From the IMG/VR virus record IMGVR_UViG_3300027797_000012, positions 32,001 to 96,000 of that record: a DNA stretch of 64,000 nucleotides; one strand, written 5' to 3'. The notes under the pieces are model-generated. The model worked only from the letters and a program-made list of their open reading frames with translations. It was not told where the DNA came from and did not search any database. How positions within the stretch are numbered: the stretch's first letter is position 1; each line of letters begins with the position of its first letter. Both the position numbers and the translations under genes were made by a program. Origin of the DNA: a virus. This document shows, in pieces, positions 19,346-28,324 of this stretch.

Positions 19346-19923
19346 GCTGTTTTCACACACCAGACTTGATATGACTTCTGCATTATCTTAATCCTATCTC
19401 CATAGACCGCAAGGAATGCGTCTATAGCTACCTTTGGCTCGTTGTATACGCCTTTTCCACTTGGCCACATGTAGTCGTCAAACGCAAGAATTCCTCCAAT
19501 AGATAAACACTCGTACGCGTTGATCGCGTCCTTCATTACCCCGTACGCGGTATGGTCTCCGTCAACGTATATGAAATCAAAGGTATCTTTATTCTTAGCA
19601 AAGAACTCGTCACTTGTAGACTTAACCTTAGTTACTTTCTTAGTCTCTCGCCAAGCCTTTGTTACGCTGTTGTATTTTTTCTCAACCTGAGACCAGTCTA
19701 TCTGCTTATGCTCTTCTTCGCTAGATCCGGCCCAAGTATCAACGTCCACCAGGTACGAATCTTTGTGAAGTAGTATATGCTCGACAAGCCAACTTGTTGC
19801 GTCTCCTGTGTACGCACCAACCTGGAGACAGCGCATACGCGTATTCTTAAATCGTACTAGGTGGCGTCTAAAGATCTCATCAGCGCCCACCCTAATAAAC
19901 CAGTTAGGCAAGTCTTGTGTCAT
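19342..19923 (-). CDS. class I SAM-dependent methyltransferase (Methyltransf_24-like)
   Basis: LQVGAYTG, DVDTW, FDFIYVDGDH, FDDY. Confidence 0.9.
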   Translation of the reverse strand: MTQDLPNWFIRVGADEIFRRHLVRFKNTRMRCLQVGAYTGDATSWLVEHILLHKDSYLVDVDTWAGSSEEEHKQIDWSQVEKKYNSVTKAWRETKKVTKVKSTSDEFFAKNKDTFDFIYVDGDHTAYGVMKDAINAYECLSIGGILAFDDYMWPSGKGVYNEPKVAIDAFLAVYGDRIKIMQKSYQVWCVKTA

Positions 19924-19943
19924 GTAAAGACTATATCATACGC

Positions 19944-20204
19944 CTATGCGTTTTTAAGTGTATTCACCCAGTCAATTATGCCGTCCATAGACAGATCCAT
20001 CATGCCGTCTTCACCTAGAAGCTCTTCAAGACGCTCGATGATTTCCGCAAGCTGATCTTGATCTACATCGGTAACGCGCATGATGTGCGCTTCCATAAGA
20101 ACCATAAGCTCGCGCATAAAGTCTAGAGGAACAAGTGCAAGATTCTCATCCTTGAGATACTTCTCAAGAGCGTCATCGTCCCAGTCTTCATCATCCTCTA
20201 GCAT
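19944..20204 (-). CDS. acidic hypothetical protein
   Basis: 86 aa, D/E-rich, SD present. Confidence 0.65.
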   Translation of the reverse strand: MLEDDEDWDDDALEKYLKDENLALVPLDFMRELMVLMEAHIMRVTDVDQDQLAEIIERLEELLGEDGMMDLSMDGIIDWVNTLKNA

Positions 20205-20267
20205 ATATCCTTCTCTCCTAAGAATGTTGCTATAGTATCTTACTCAACTTGCGGTGACAGTTTTACG

Positions 20268-21116
20268 TTAGAACGTGATAGTTCCGTTGCCTGTCCATTG
20301 ATAAATTCTGTAACCGCCTGATGTTGTTATTGTTGGCGATCCTGTTGTAGAGGCTGCTAAATCAAAAGTATCTGCATAGCGAATGCAAACAAAACCAGAT
20401 GAACCATTCCCACCTGTTGCAGATGTACCCGCGCCGCCGCCGCCGCCTGAACCACGATTTGCGATTGAGGCACTAGAACCATTTGCATTATTGCCACCAG
20501 CACCAGCACCCGCGCCACCACTTGCGCCACCGCCGCCTGTTCCGCCACCGCCTGCGCCGCCTGCATAAGCAACGCTAGTTCCAGTTATAGAACTATTAGA
20601 TGATGTGCCACCATCACCGCCGATATTTCCGTTTATATTGCTACCTGCGCTGGCTTTTCCACCGCCGCCGCCTGCCGATGTATTACCAAGACCTGACCCG
20701 CCATTGTTGCCTTGACCAGCGGTTCCTGTGCCAGCTGTATTTCTACCGCCGCCGCCTGACCCACCATTTTGCCCGACACCGCTACCCGCTGCTGGAAAAT
20801 CACAAGAACCTTGCCCGCCATAAGTAGAGGTTATTGTGTCAAAAACAGAGTTAGTGCCGTTGCCTGCTGTTGTGTTTGTAGTTTGTCCAGCACCGCCAGC
20901 GCCGATTGTTACAGTCAATGGAGAACCTGCAGCAACCGATAAACCTGTAGCCGTACGCATACCACCAGCACCGCCACCGCCGCCACCGCTGCTTCCTGCG
21001 CCTGATGTTCCACCACCACCGCCGCCGCCTGCAATAACCAAGTATTCAACAGTTGAAGTTGGGTTAGCTAGGCGTGAGCCTTTGCCGTGCGACGATGTGT
21101 TTCCTAAAATGGGCAT
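20268..21116 (-). CDS. glycine-rich virion-associated protein, paralogue 3
   Basis: MPILGNTSSHGKGSRL...WTGNGTITF. Confidence 0.85.
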   Translation of the reverse strand: MPILGNTSSHGKGSRLANPTSTVEYLVIAGGGGGGGTSGAGSSGGGGGGAGGMRTATGLSVAAGSPLTVTIGAGGAGQTTNTTAGNGTNSVFDTITSTYGGQGSCDFPAAGSGVGQNGGSGGGGRNTAGTGTAGQGNNGGSGLGNTSAGGGGGKASAGSNINGNIGGDGGTSSNSSITGTSVAYAGGAGGGGTGGGGASGGAGAGAGGNNANGSSASIANRGSGGGGGAGTSATGGNGSSGFVCIRYADTFDLAASTTGSPTITTSGGYRIYQWTGNGTITF

Positions 21117-21147
21117 GAGTTAATTGTATCTTATTATCTGTTAATAG

Positions 21148-21256
21148 ACTAAGAAGTCTTACTAAGAAGTCAAAAACCATGATAAATTCTGTTAACCCTT
21201 AACTTTAAGGATGTACAGTACTTCCTGTTCGTTGTTCTGTTGGAAAAATTGTACAT
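21148..21256. promoter_or_regulatory. candidate recombinase binding/res region
   Basis: Direct repeat ACTAAGAAGTC x2, imperfect palindrome CCTTAACTTTAAGG and two TGTACA directly upstream of the resolvase. Confidence 0.45.
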
Positions 21257-21271
21257 TAGAACGGAGAAAGT

Positions 21272-21940
21272 ATTATTTCTGCAGAGAATGTACATGCGCT
21301 TTTATACGCCAGAGTTAGCACTCAGATGCAGGTTCAAGACGGTTTATCCCTACAAGCTCAAGAGCGAGTTCTGCGTAACGCTGCCGAACTAGCAGGCTTC
21401 ACAAGTATGGAGTTGCTCTTAGAGGAAGGCAGATCTGGCAAGTCGATTAAGGGTCGTCCTGTTCTAAAAGATGCCTTACAAAGGCTAGACGAGGGTAGTG
21501 CGCAAGCTCTTATTGTTTCTCGTATTGACCGCCTAGCTCGATCTACCCAGGACTTTCTTAGCATCGTTGATAGAGCTCATAAGAATAACTGGCGTCTTGT
21601 TCTTTTAGATCTTAACCTTGACACCTCTACTTATCAAGGAAGATTCGTAGTTACGGTTATGTCTGCGCTTGCCGAGATGGAACGAGGTATCATCGCAGAG
21701 CGTCAAAAAGATGTACATAAATACAGACGAGACAATGGAAAAGTCTGGGGAGTAGACCTAGGACCTAAGCAAATGATCTCTGACGAGATACGTGCTCGTA
21801 TTGTCACTGAAAGAGAAAAAGGTCTTTCTTTACGCGTTATAGCTCGCATGCTTGATGTTGAAGGTATTCCTACCGCCTACGGCGGTAAATGGTCTGCGTC
21901 TAGTATTAAATACGTGTTAGATCAACAGTCAGGTGCTTAA
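21272..21940 (+). CDS. small serine recombinase (resolvase/invertase family)
   Basis: YARVS at 21305-21319, GRSGK, RIDRLARS, AEMER, C-terminal HTH; start inferred at ATT 21272 or 21275. Confidence 0.9.
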   Translation: MISAENVHALLYARVSTQMQVQDGLSLQAQERVLRNAAELAGFTSMELLLEEGRSGKSIKGRPVLKDALQRLDEGSAQALIVSRIDRLARSTQDFLSIVDRAHKNNWRLVLLDLNLDTSTYQGRFVVTVMSALAEMERGIIAERQKDVHKYRRDNGKVWGVDLGPKQMISDEIRARIVTEREKGLSLRVIARMLDVEGIPTAYGGKWSASSIKYVLDQQSGA

Positions 21941-21947
21941 GACTACT

Positions 21948-22085
21948 TTATATATCTTCTTCTTCTTCTATGTCAAAGTCAAAGACAGAATCTAAGTCAA
22001 GCGCCTGTAGTACCTTCATAAGGTAAGCGCCCATCGCAAGACCGGTCGTGGTGATTACTAGTAGGGCTATTAACTTCTTTTTCAT
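21948..22085 (-). CDS. small membrane-anchored acidic peptide (45 aa, not in ORF track)
   Basis: MKKKLIALLVITTTGLAMGAYLM...EEEEDI*; TAATG coupling to the upstream GT. Confidence 0.6.
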   Translation of the reverse strand: MKKKLIALLVITTTGLAMGAYLMKVLQALDLDSVFDFDIEEEEDI

Positions 22086-22930
22086 TATTCGTCTACCTTA
22101 GATACAAAGGTATGCCCTCTAAATGTATGTGTCCCAATGTGGTTTAGAACTATCTTAGTATCTAGCCATATCTTTCCTCCAAGAGCTTGCCACCTGCGGC
22201 AGAACGTGTAGTCCTCACTTAGGTAACGTCTTGTCTCTGGCTCGATGATAGTGTCAAATAAGGCGTACTGCTCTGTAGGTATGTTCTGCACGCTGCCATC
22301 TGGCATTAAGTCTTTGTTGTCTTTTATGTATGATACCTCGTCTTTGTAAGCTTCTATCATTTCTTCTAACACCTCGCGACGGATCATCATAAACCCCGTC
22401 CCTGCGTCTTTAACCTTTAGAAGATCACCGTGCAGTGTAACAGAGCCGGTCGCCCTGTCTTCTTCACTGTCAAACTCAAAGTTAATTACGTAATCTGTTA
22501 CTCTTTCTGAAATTTCCTTTGCAGATAGAGTCATATTTTCTACATTGTTGTAGTTTACAACCTTCAGAGGGTAAGCTCCTACAACAACGTCCTTATCGTG
22601 AATAAGCAGTCTTATAACGTCCGTGGGCTCAAACTCGATATCCGCGTCTATAAACAGAAGATAATCTGGCTTCTTGTACTCGCCATCGTTATGTTCTACC
22701 TCTAAAGAAAGAAATGAGGCAACTATGTTGTTACGCGCTCTAGTCACTAAACTTTCATTTGTTATTGTGTTTAGAACAACTCGTACACCTAGCGTCTCAC
22801 ACACGCGCTGAAGTAAAAATACAGACTGAAGATAGCCAGTAGTGCACATACCGCCGTAGCAAGGAGTCCCAATCATAATAGATTTGCCAACTAAAAACTC
22901 TCGCTGTGCGTCGGTTAGCTCTATTGCCAT
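22085..22930 (-). CDS. GT-A fold glycosyltransferase-like protein
   Basis: TPCYGG, ESLVTRARN, FIDADI, GTGFM, SEDYTFC, HIG. Confidence 0.85.
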   Translation of the reverse strand: MAIELTDAQREFLVGKSIMIGTPCYGGMCTTGYLQSVFLLQRVCETLGVRVVLNTITNESLVTRARNNIVASFLSLEVEHNDGEYKKPDYLLFIDADIEFEPTDVIRLLIHDKDVVVGAYPLKVVNYNNVENMTLSAKEISERVTDYVINFEFDSEEDRATGSVTLHGDLLKVKDAGTGFMMIRREVLEEMIEAYKDEVSYIKDNKDLMPDGSVQNIPTEQYALFDTIIEPETRRYLSEDYTFCRRWQALGGKIWLDTKIVLNHIGTHTFRGHTFVSKVDE

Positions 22931-22966
22931 AGTATAGTCTTTCCGTAGGTAGTCTTTCGTAATTTG

Positions 22967-23012
22967 TTAAAACAGAACGGAACGCGCTTACGCGCGTTAC
23001 CGCCCTGTTTAA
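22967..23012 (-). terminator. intrinsic terminator-like hairpin with GTAA tetraloop
   Basis: Minus strand AAACAGGGCGGTAACGCGC-GTAA-GCGCGTTCCGTTCTGTTTT. Confidence 0.75.
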
Positions 23013-23068
23013 GATCTTAGCGTCTCTCCCAAGCGCTAAAACGTATTTCTAATATATACCTAAAAGCT

Positions 23069-23854
23069 CTACTTAGCAGGAAATCCTGTAATAGCAGTCC
23101 AAGTTTTTGGACCGACAACTCCGTCTGCCGCGCCTAGCTTTGGGTTAGCTTTTTGGAAGGCGATAACTGCCTTCTTAGTTACAGGCCCATAGTGACCGTC
23201 GGCTGGCTTAATATCAAGTGCAGCCTGAATAGTCTTAACGTGAATACCTGCTTCGCCTGGATCAATTGTCTCTCCAGGGTAAACCTTACCTGTTGTATCC
23301 TTTTCCTTTACTGCCTTAGGAGCAACTGGAGCAGCTGCAGATCCCGCGTAGTCAGGACGACCCCAGCCGACGATGCCCATAGGAAGTTTCTTCGCATTGT
23401 TTTTACGGAATCCGCGCTCCTTCTTGCAGGTTTCGCCTCCGTTGCGTTGGTCACCTTTAGGTGAGCCTGAAGTGTTGCCTTCAAGACAGATTGCAACACC
23501 GGTCTTAGCGTCTGCCTTAACAATGATACCTACGTGCGAAATGCGATCTACGCCATCACCTGCAAAATCAAAGTACACGATGTCGCCTGGTTCAGGGACG
23601 TTAGTCCCGTCGTTCTCGTACCAGCGCTTCATCTTCTTAAACGCGGTTGATCCAGCCACCGTTGAGACGGTGTTTGGAATTTTTACTCCAGCTTTATTTC
23701 CGCACCAATTTACGTAAGAACCACACCAAGGCAAGAAGTTTGCTTTTGTGAACGCTCCGTACTTTGTTTCATTGTCCTTAGGACCTTCAATTGTTCCTAC
23801 CTCAGCAAGCGCAACCTCAATTAGTCGCGCGGCTGTTCCTTGAGCTGCTGCCAT
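23069..23854 (-). CDS. endolysin: CHAP domain + peptidoglycan-binding domain
   Basis: PWCGSYVNW, PGDIVYFD, SHVGIIV, EGNT; ADG.YGP.T...V..FQ...ADGVVGPKTW. Confidence 0.9.
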   Translation of the reverse strand: MAAAQGTAARLIEVALAEVGTIEGPKDNETKYGAFTKANFLPWCGSYVNWCGNKAGVKIPNTVSTVAGSTAFKKMKRWYENDGTNVPEPGDIVYFDFAGDGVDRISHVGIIVKADAKTGVAICLEGNTSGSPKGDQRNGGETCKKERGFRKNNAKKLPMGIVGWGRPDYAGSAAAPVAPKAVKEKDTTGKVYPGETIDPGEAGIHVKTIQAALDIKPADGHYGPVTKKAVIAFQKANPKLGAADGVVGPKTWTAITGFPAK

Positions 23855-23855
23855 T

Positions 23856-23921
23856 TTACTTGCCTCCTTTTGGCTTTGGCTTTGGCTTTGGCTTTGATTT
23901 ACATCCGCATGTCGCGCACAT
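23856..23921 (-). CDS. 21-aa Cys/Lys-Pro micropeptide
   Basis: MCATCGCKSKPKPKPKPKGGK*; GAGG SD; stop lies 1 nt before the endolysin ATG. Confidence 0.65.
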   Translation of the reverse strand: MCATCGCKSKPKPKPKPKGGK

Positions 23922-23944
23922 ATTACTTCCTCTCTGTTAGATTC

Positions 23945-24595
23945 TTACTTAACGATTATAACTGATATTTTAGCTTTAGGACATTTAGCGTTGCTGTCCT
24001 TTATTACCTTTAGCTCTTTGTCATCTACTGTAAGTGACCAGCGAATTTTTACAGCAACCCAATTTTTAATGTAAGTACATACATCTTTTGCAGGAAGCCA
24101 TTCTGCTGGATCTTGATCTGACTTTGAACGATTAGTCGCTGCGGTGACAGCAATCAACGCGTTAACGTCTCCCATGTCATTTGCGTATTGTTGACGCTTG
24201 TCAGCGTCCCATTTACTTGCGCCTGAATCCCAAGCCTCGGCAAGAGGGACCATATGGTCAACATCTAGCGCAGAAAAATTTGTAACGGTTAATCCGTCAT
24301 ATGCAGAGTACCACTTGCCTGTATCTTTAACGATCTTGCATCCTGCTTCAACCTTAGGCTTTTCAAGAGCTTCTTGAAGGATTACATCGTTGCGCGTGTT
24401 GCAACCGTTCTTATCTAGGTCAGACCAGTGCTTAAACTGCGAACGAGCGTAACCTACGCGAACGTCAGGTGCAACCTTGAGCACTTTAATTCCAGCGTCA
24501 ACAGAGGCAAATACCTTTGGCTTTTCTACCGCATAGGCAGAAGACATAACTGTAAGTGACACAAGTGCTCCTGCAAAAATAATTTTTTTATTCAC
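23945..24595 (-). CDS. secreted HNH nuclease (DUF1524-like)
   Basis: Signal peptide ending AYA; CNTRN, DVDHMVPLAEAW, NRSKSD. Confidence 0.85.
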   Translation of the reverse strand: MNKKIIFAGALVSLTVMSSAYAVEKPKVFASVDAGIKVLKVAPDVRVGYARSQFKHWSDLDKNGCNTRNDVILQEALEKPKVEAGCKIVKDTGKWYSAYDGLTVTNFSALDVDHMVPLAEAWDSGASKWDADKRQQYANDMGDVNALIAVTAATNRSKSDQDPAEWLPAKDVCTYIKNWVAVKIRWSLTVDDKELKVIKDSNAKCPKAKISVIIVK

Positions 24596-24602
24596 TTTGT
24601 TC

Positions 24603-27221
24603 CTAACGTGTTGAGTAGCGTGAAGCAATGCCCCAGTCAACTTCTCCTGTTGGCACAGCACGCGGAACTAATGCGCGGCCTTGAATCTCAGCTCGTGAGC
24701 CAAGACCTACAACTTTCATTCCACGATCAGATATCTTACGCTGGAATGCGATCTGTGTCATTGGTCGTTCACCACGTTCTTCAGACCACGCACGGTAGAC
24801 AGAATATAAAGCCTTAACTGGAACTACAGTCCCTTCAGACTCCTTTGTCTCTTCATTTAAGAAGATACCGATACGGTCTTCGTTCTTACGATACATGTCA
24901 CTTGCTTCGGCAACAGCGGCGCACATACCAAGAGCGTCTCTTGCGCTTGAGCCAAGAAGCTTAATCGCACCCTCTACTGCCCAAGAGAGAACAGCAGGCA
25001 GTGCACCTTCAGGATCAAATATGTAGTGCTTTAAGTCTGGGTCCGGTGACTCCGGAACGTTTGTTAGAGGCACTGGACGAATACGACGCCACATTGCATC
25101 ATCGTTAATGATAGGTCGGTGGTTTGTTGTTACCCAAAGTTTTGCGCGAGAAGAAAATGTGAACGGTTTTTCACCAGGTGAACGAGCTGAAATTTCACTT
25201 GAACCTGTAAGCTTCTTAACTGAGTTTTCCTTAAGGCGCTCTGACTCAGGAAGTTCGTCAACCCACACTAGACGGCGACCGCGAAGCTCTGCCCAGTGAT
25301 AAAGATCTGATCCGTTTGCGTGACCGTCTCCTTGAGCAAGGATAGATGAGTCTAAAGGCCAGGCGTATTGCTGCGTGCCCATGCACTTAACTAAAGCTTC
25401 AACTAGTGTGTTCTTACCTGAACCTGCAGGTCCATAGATCAAAAACATTACGTCATAAGTACGAAGACCAGTTAGCGAGTAACCAGCTGCGCGTTGTAAC
25501 CAGTCCTGTAGCTCTTTATCTCCGCCTGTTGCAAAATCTAAGAACTGTTCCCACTTAACATTTCGCATTCCTGGCGTGTACGCAACTGGTGCGCGACGAG
25601 TAATAAATAAATCCGGGCGACCTTTAAGAAGTTCTCCAGTGCGAAGATCAATAACTCCGTTAGCAACACCAAGTAGTGTTTCATCTGAGTCCCAGGCGTT
25701 AACCTCAACCTGTACGCGAGGATCTGACGTCGCGTTTTCAATGCAGCCTGCAATGCGTGAATTAGACTTTGCCTGCAGAGCCCACTTCATAAGTTCAGAC
25801 TGCTTGTCTGCATCTTCGTAGTTTACAACTTCAGACGCAATGATCGGTGCAAGTTTTTTTGTTAGCTCTTGAAGCTCGAGGTTTTCAACGTCTGGCTTCC
25901 AGTATCCACCGTCCCAGTGAAACCAGCCAAGTCCTGGAGTGTAACGAATTGCAGGACCAAATGAATCTACAAGACGACGACCATTTCCTGTATCTGTAAG
26001 TGTACGCTTACCAGGTTCTCCACCGTCGTTCTCATTAACGGCGTCAACGTCTCTAGGCACATCCATTTTCATAAGACTTGATGCTTCAGAAATTGAATCA
26101 CCATCTGAGATTGACTGTGTGATTCCACCACCAATAGTTCCAGGCATGTTGTAAGTATCCTGCGGTGAATAATTTTCAGTTGTTCTTATTTCCTTTTGTA
26201 CTGCAGGCTTAGAGCGTGTCTCCTCTTGAGATTTAGTTGCCCATTCTTGAAGTCCTGGCCACATGCGCTCTGTCTTTGGGTTGTCAATAACAAATTGAAT
26301 AGCGCGACGTACGTGCATCAACAATCCGCCTTGGCCTTCAAGCTCAAGCGGCGGCCGCACCTTTTCTGCGTTAAAACGAATCATCATTGTTTCAACAGCA
26401 AGACGTCCTGCTTCAGTATTTATTGGAAACTTATTAGCAAGTGCGCATGTCATAGAGTAAATATCAACAGCGCGTGAGCCTTCGTCGATTCCTTCTTCAA
26501 GAAGTCTTTCAACATCAACACGCTCGCCCGCAAAATCTAAATCATCTAAGAAACTCCAGTCGCCTTCACCTAATGCTGTCGGTGACTTGCGTCCGCGCTT
26601 ACGAAGTGACATAAGCAACTCTTCTGGAGCAGTTGCCATTTCAATTTCCCAAGGCGCATGACCAGGTGCCCACTCGTAGCAAACTCCAGAGAAGTGACGT
26701 GAAGGCGTAATTAAAACGTATCCGTTGTGTTTAATGTCAACGCCCGGAAGATTTGCTTTCTTAAGATTTCCAACGAGCTGCTCTGCTTCTTCACACTTAT
26801 AAAATAGGTGTCGTCCTCGCATAACTTTTCCACCGGCGATTGTGTACTCACCTGTGATTGCCTCAACTGTAGGAGGCAAGAATCCTTCAACTAACGCTTC
26901 AAATTTTTCGAATGAATCTGGCCCACCTGAGCGCGGATCAATGTCAATTACAAAAAATCCACTTGAACGACACATGACGCCGATATTCATGTTTGGATCT
27001 TTATCCCACCAGGCGTTTACAGTCGCAGCGTCTGTAGTTGCGAACTTGTTCCACTCTGGAAGTGATGGGTGCTTGCCTACATCTTTTGGCTCAACGTGTG
27101 CGCCGCCGCAAGTACAGCGGCCTCCGACGATTCCGTAGCAAGGAAGTATTGACCAGTTATTAGTTGCGTACCAACTCGCAGCAGGACCTAAACGTCCCTC
27201 TGCTGATTCCCATACGCTCAT
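24603..27221 (-). CDS. bifunctional prim-pol + D5/P4-type SF3 helicase
   Basis: GKHP, NIG, DIDPR, GRHLFY; TDTGNGRR (D5_N); GPAGSGKNT Walker A; TNHRP. Confidence 0.95.
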   Translation of the reverse strand: MSVWESAEGRLGPAASWYATNNWSILPCYGIVGGRCTCGGAHVEPKDVGKHPSLPEWNKFATTDAATVNAWWDKDPNMNIGVMCRSSGFFVIDIDPRSGGPDSFEKFEALVEGFLPPTVEAITGEYTIAGGKVMRGRHLFYKCEEAEQLVGNLKKANLPGVDIKHNGYVLITPSRHFSGVCYEWAPGHAPWEIEMATAPEELLMSLRKRGRKSPTALGEGDWSFLDDLDFAGERVDVERLLEEGIDEGSRAVDIYSMTCALANKFPINTEAGRLAVETMMIRFNAEKVRPPLELEGQGGLLMHVRRAIQFVIDNPKTERMWPGLQEWATKSQEETRSKPAVQKEIRTTENYSPQDTYNMPGTIGGGITQSISDGDSISEASSLMKMDVPRDVDAVNENDGGEPGKRTLTDTGNGRRLVDSFGPAIRYTPGLGWFHWDGGYWKPDVENLELQELTKKLAPIIASEVVNYEDADKQSELMKWALQAKSNSRIAGCIENATSDPRVQVEVNAWDSDETLLGVANGVIDLRTGELLKGRPDLFITRRAPVAYTPGMRNVKWEQFLDFATGGDKELQDWLQRAAGYSLTGLRTYDVMFLIYGPAGSGKNTLVEALVKCMGTQQYAWPLDSSILAQGDGHANGSDLYHWAELRGRRLVWVDELPESERLKENSVKKLTGSSEISARSPGEKPFTFSSRAKLWVTTNHRPIINDDAMWRRIRPVPLTNVPESPDPDLKHYIFDPEGALPAVLSWAVEGAIKLLGSSARDALGMCAAVAEASDMYRKNEDRIGIFLNEETKESEGTVVPVKALYSVYRAWSEERGERPMTQIAFQRKISDRGMKVVGLGSRAEIQGRALVPRAVPTGEVDWGIASRYSTR

Positions 27222-27471
27222 ATATGATTACCTTGCTCTAGCATCTTTGCGTCGTTAACTCCAATCAAATCTTAATGTACTGCGCTGCTTTAGCAGAGAA
27301 GCTCTATCATATCACTTTTGTGCAAAATGTGTTACTTGGCGAATATAAAGGGTACTTGCCATAAGTGTACACTACATTTCACTTAAATTACTCTTTTTAT
27401 CATTAACTACTTATTCCACTTAATATACAATTTATCCACTATAACCATTCACCTGGAAGGCACTATTCTCT

Positions 27472-27828
27472 ATGCAAAGCGTTTCAATGCAGATAGGTTT
27501 TATTGCCGCCTGTGTCGGTGGGATTACTTTTTTAATTGGCTTCTTGTACTCTGTCTATAAGGTGATCCGCAGGGTAGAATCTGCCATCGGTACAGATGAA
27601 AAAGGAAGAACTGTTTCTGACCGTATGGAAAGAGTCGAGTACCAGCTTTGGGAAAATGGCGGAAGCTCACTTGCCGATAGGGTAAATACCATCGGAGCTC
27701 ACGCAGACCAGATGGCGGTAGAAGTTAAGTTTATCAAGGATGTGCTCCTTCGTCTCTTGGATATGCCTGAGATTGAAGTTGAGCCTGCGGTAAAAAAACG
27801 CACAAGAAGTAAAAAAGCAGAGGCTTAA
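27472..27828 (+). CDS. membrane-anchored coiled-coil protein
   Basis: N-terminal TM, NGGSSL.D motif. Confidence 0.7.
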   Translation: MQSVSMQIGFIAACVGGITFLIGFLYSVYKVIRRVESAIGTDEKGRTVSDRMERVEYQLWENGGSSLADRVNTIGAHADQMAVEVKFIKDVLLRLLDMPEIEVEPAVKKRTRSKKAEA

Positions 27829-28020
27829 AGAAGCAGTTTATTTGCTTATATAATTATTATATAGGTACTTTGAATTATCTGTATAAGTACAACATGCCGA
27901 TAAGGTTGTAGGCAAGTATGACTTGTAAAGTTCTGGAAACTATAGCGTTAAAACCACGCTAAGCTTGCACCTATAGGTTATAGTTTATTCTAACATAGAC
28001 CTGTTAGGAGAAACAAGCGT

Positions 28021-28320
28021 ATGTCATTGATACAAAGACTTGAAAAAGAAGCAGGTAAGTCAAGGCCTGGATTGGCTTGCAGGGTTGGATCCATACTTCT
28101 TAGCAACGATATGACTAAAGAAGATAAAGACTATCTTAAAAAAGTATTAGAAACTCCGGCTGATGATCCGGCTCGAATACCAACAACAGCGATAACTCAA
28201 GCGCTTCGTCAAGAAGGTTTTGACGCAGGTCCCGCGGCGATAAATCGTCATCGCAGGCGCGAGTGCCGTTGCTACGGCTCAAGCCCAAAGTTTAATTTAA
28301 GAGAAGAAGAAGAGGCTTAG
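28021..28320 (+). CDS. small putative DNA/Zn-binding protein
   Basis: C...RHRRRECRC; AGGAG SD. Confidence 0.7.
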   Translation: MSLIQRLEKEAGKSRPGLACRVGSILLSNDMTKEDKDYLKKVLETPADDPARIPTTAITQALRQEGFDAGPAAINRHRRRECRCYGSSPKFNLREEEEA

Positions 28321-28324
28321 TCCA

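Noticed and set aside
16797-21940. Classical invertible shufflon or diversity-generating retroelement
   Set aside because: Paralogues are co-oriented, no inverted crossover pair was seen, and there is no reverse transcriptase or adenine-specific template/variable repeat pair in the window
21272-21940. Prophage integrase / integrated prophage boundary
   Set aside because: Short resolvase-type protein lacking the large recombinase and Zn domains; no host genes or att-flanked junction visible
13473-27221. Inteins or introns in nrdJ or the primase-helicase
   Set aside because: ORFs are continuous, of ordinary length, and show no splicing or homing-endonuclease motifs
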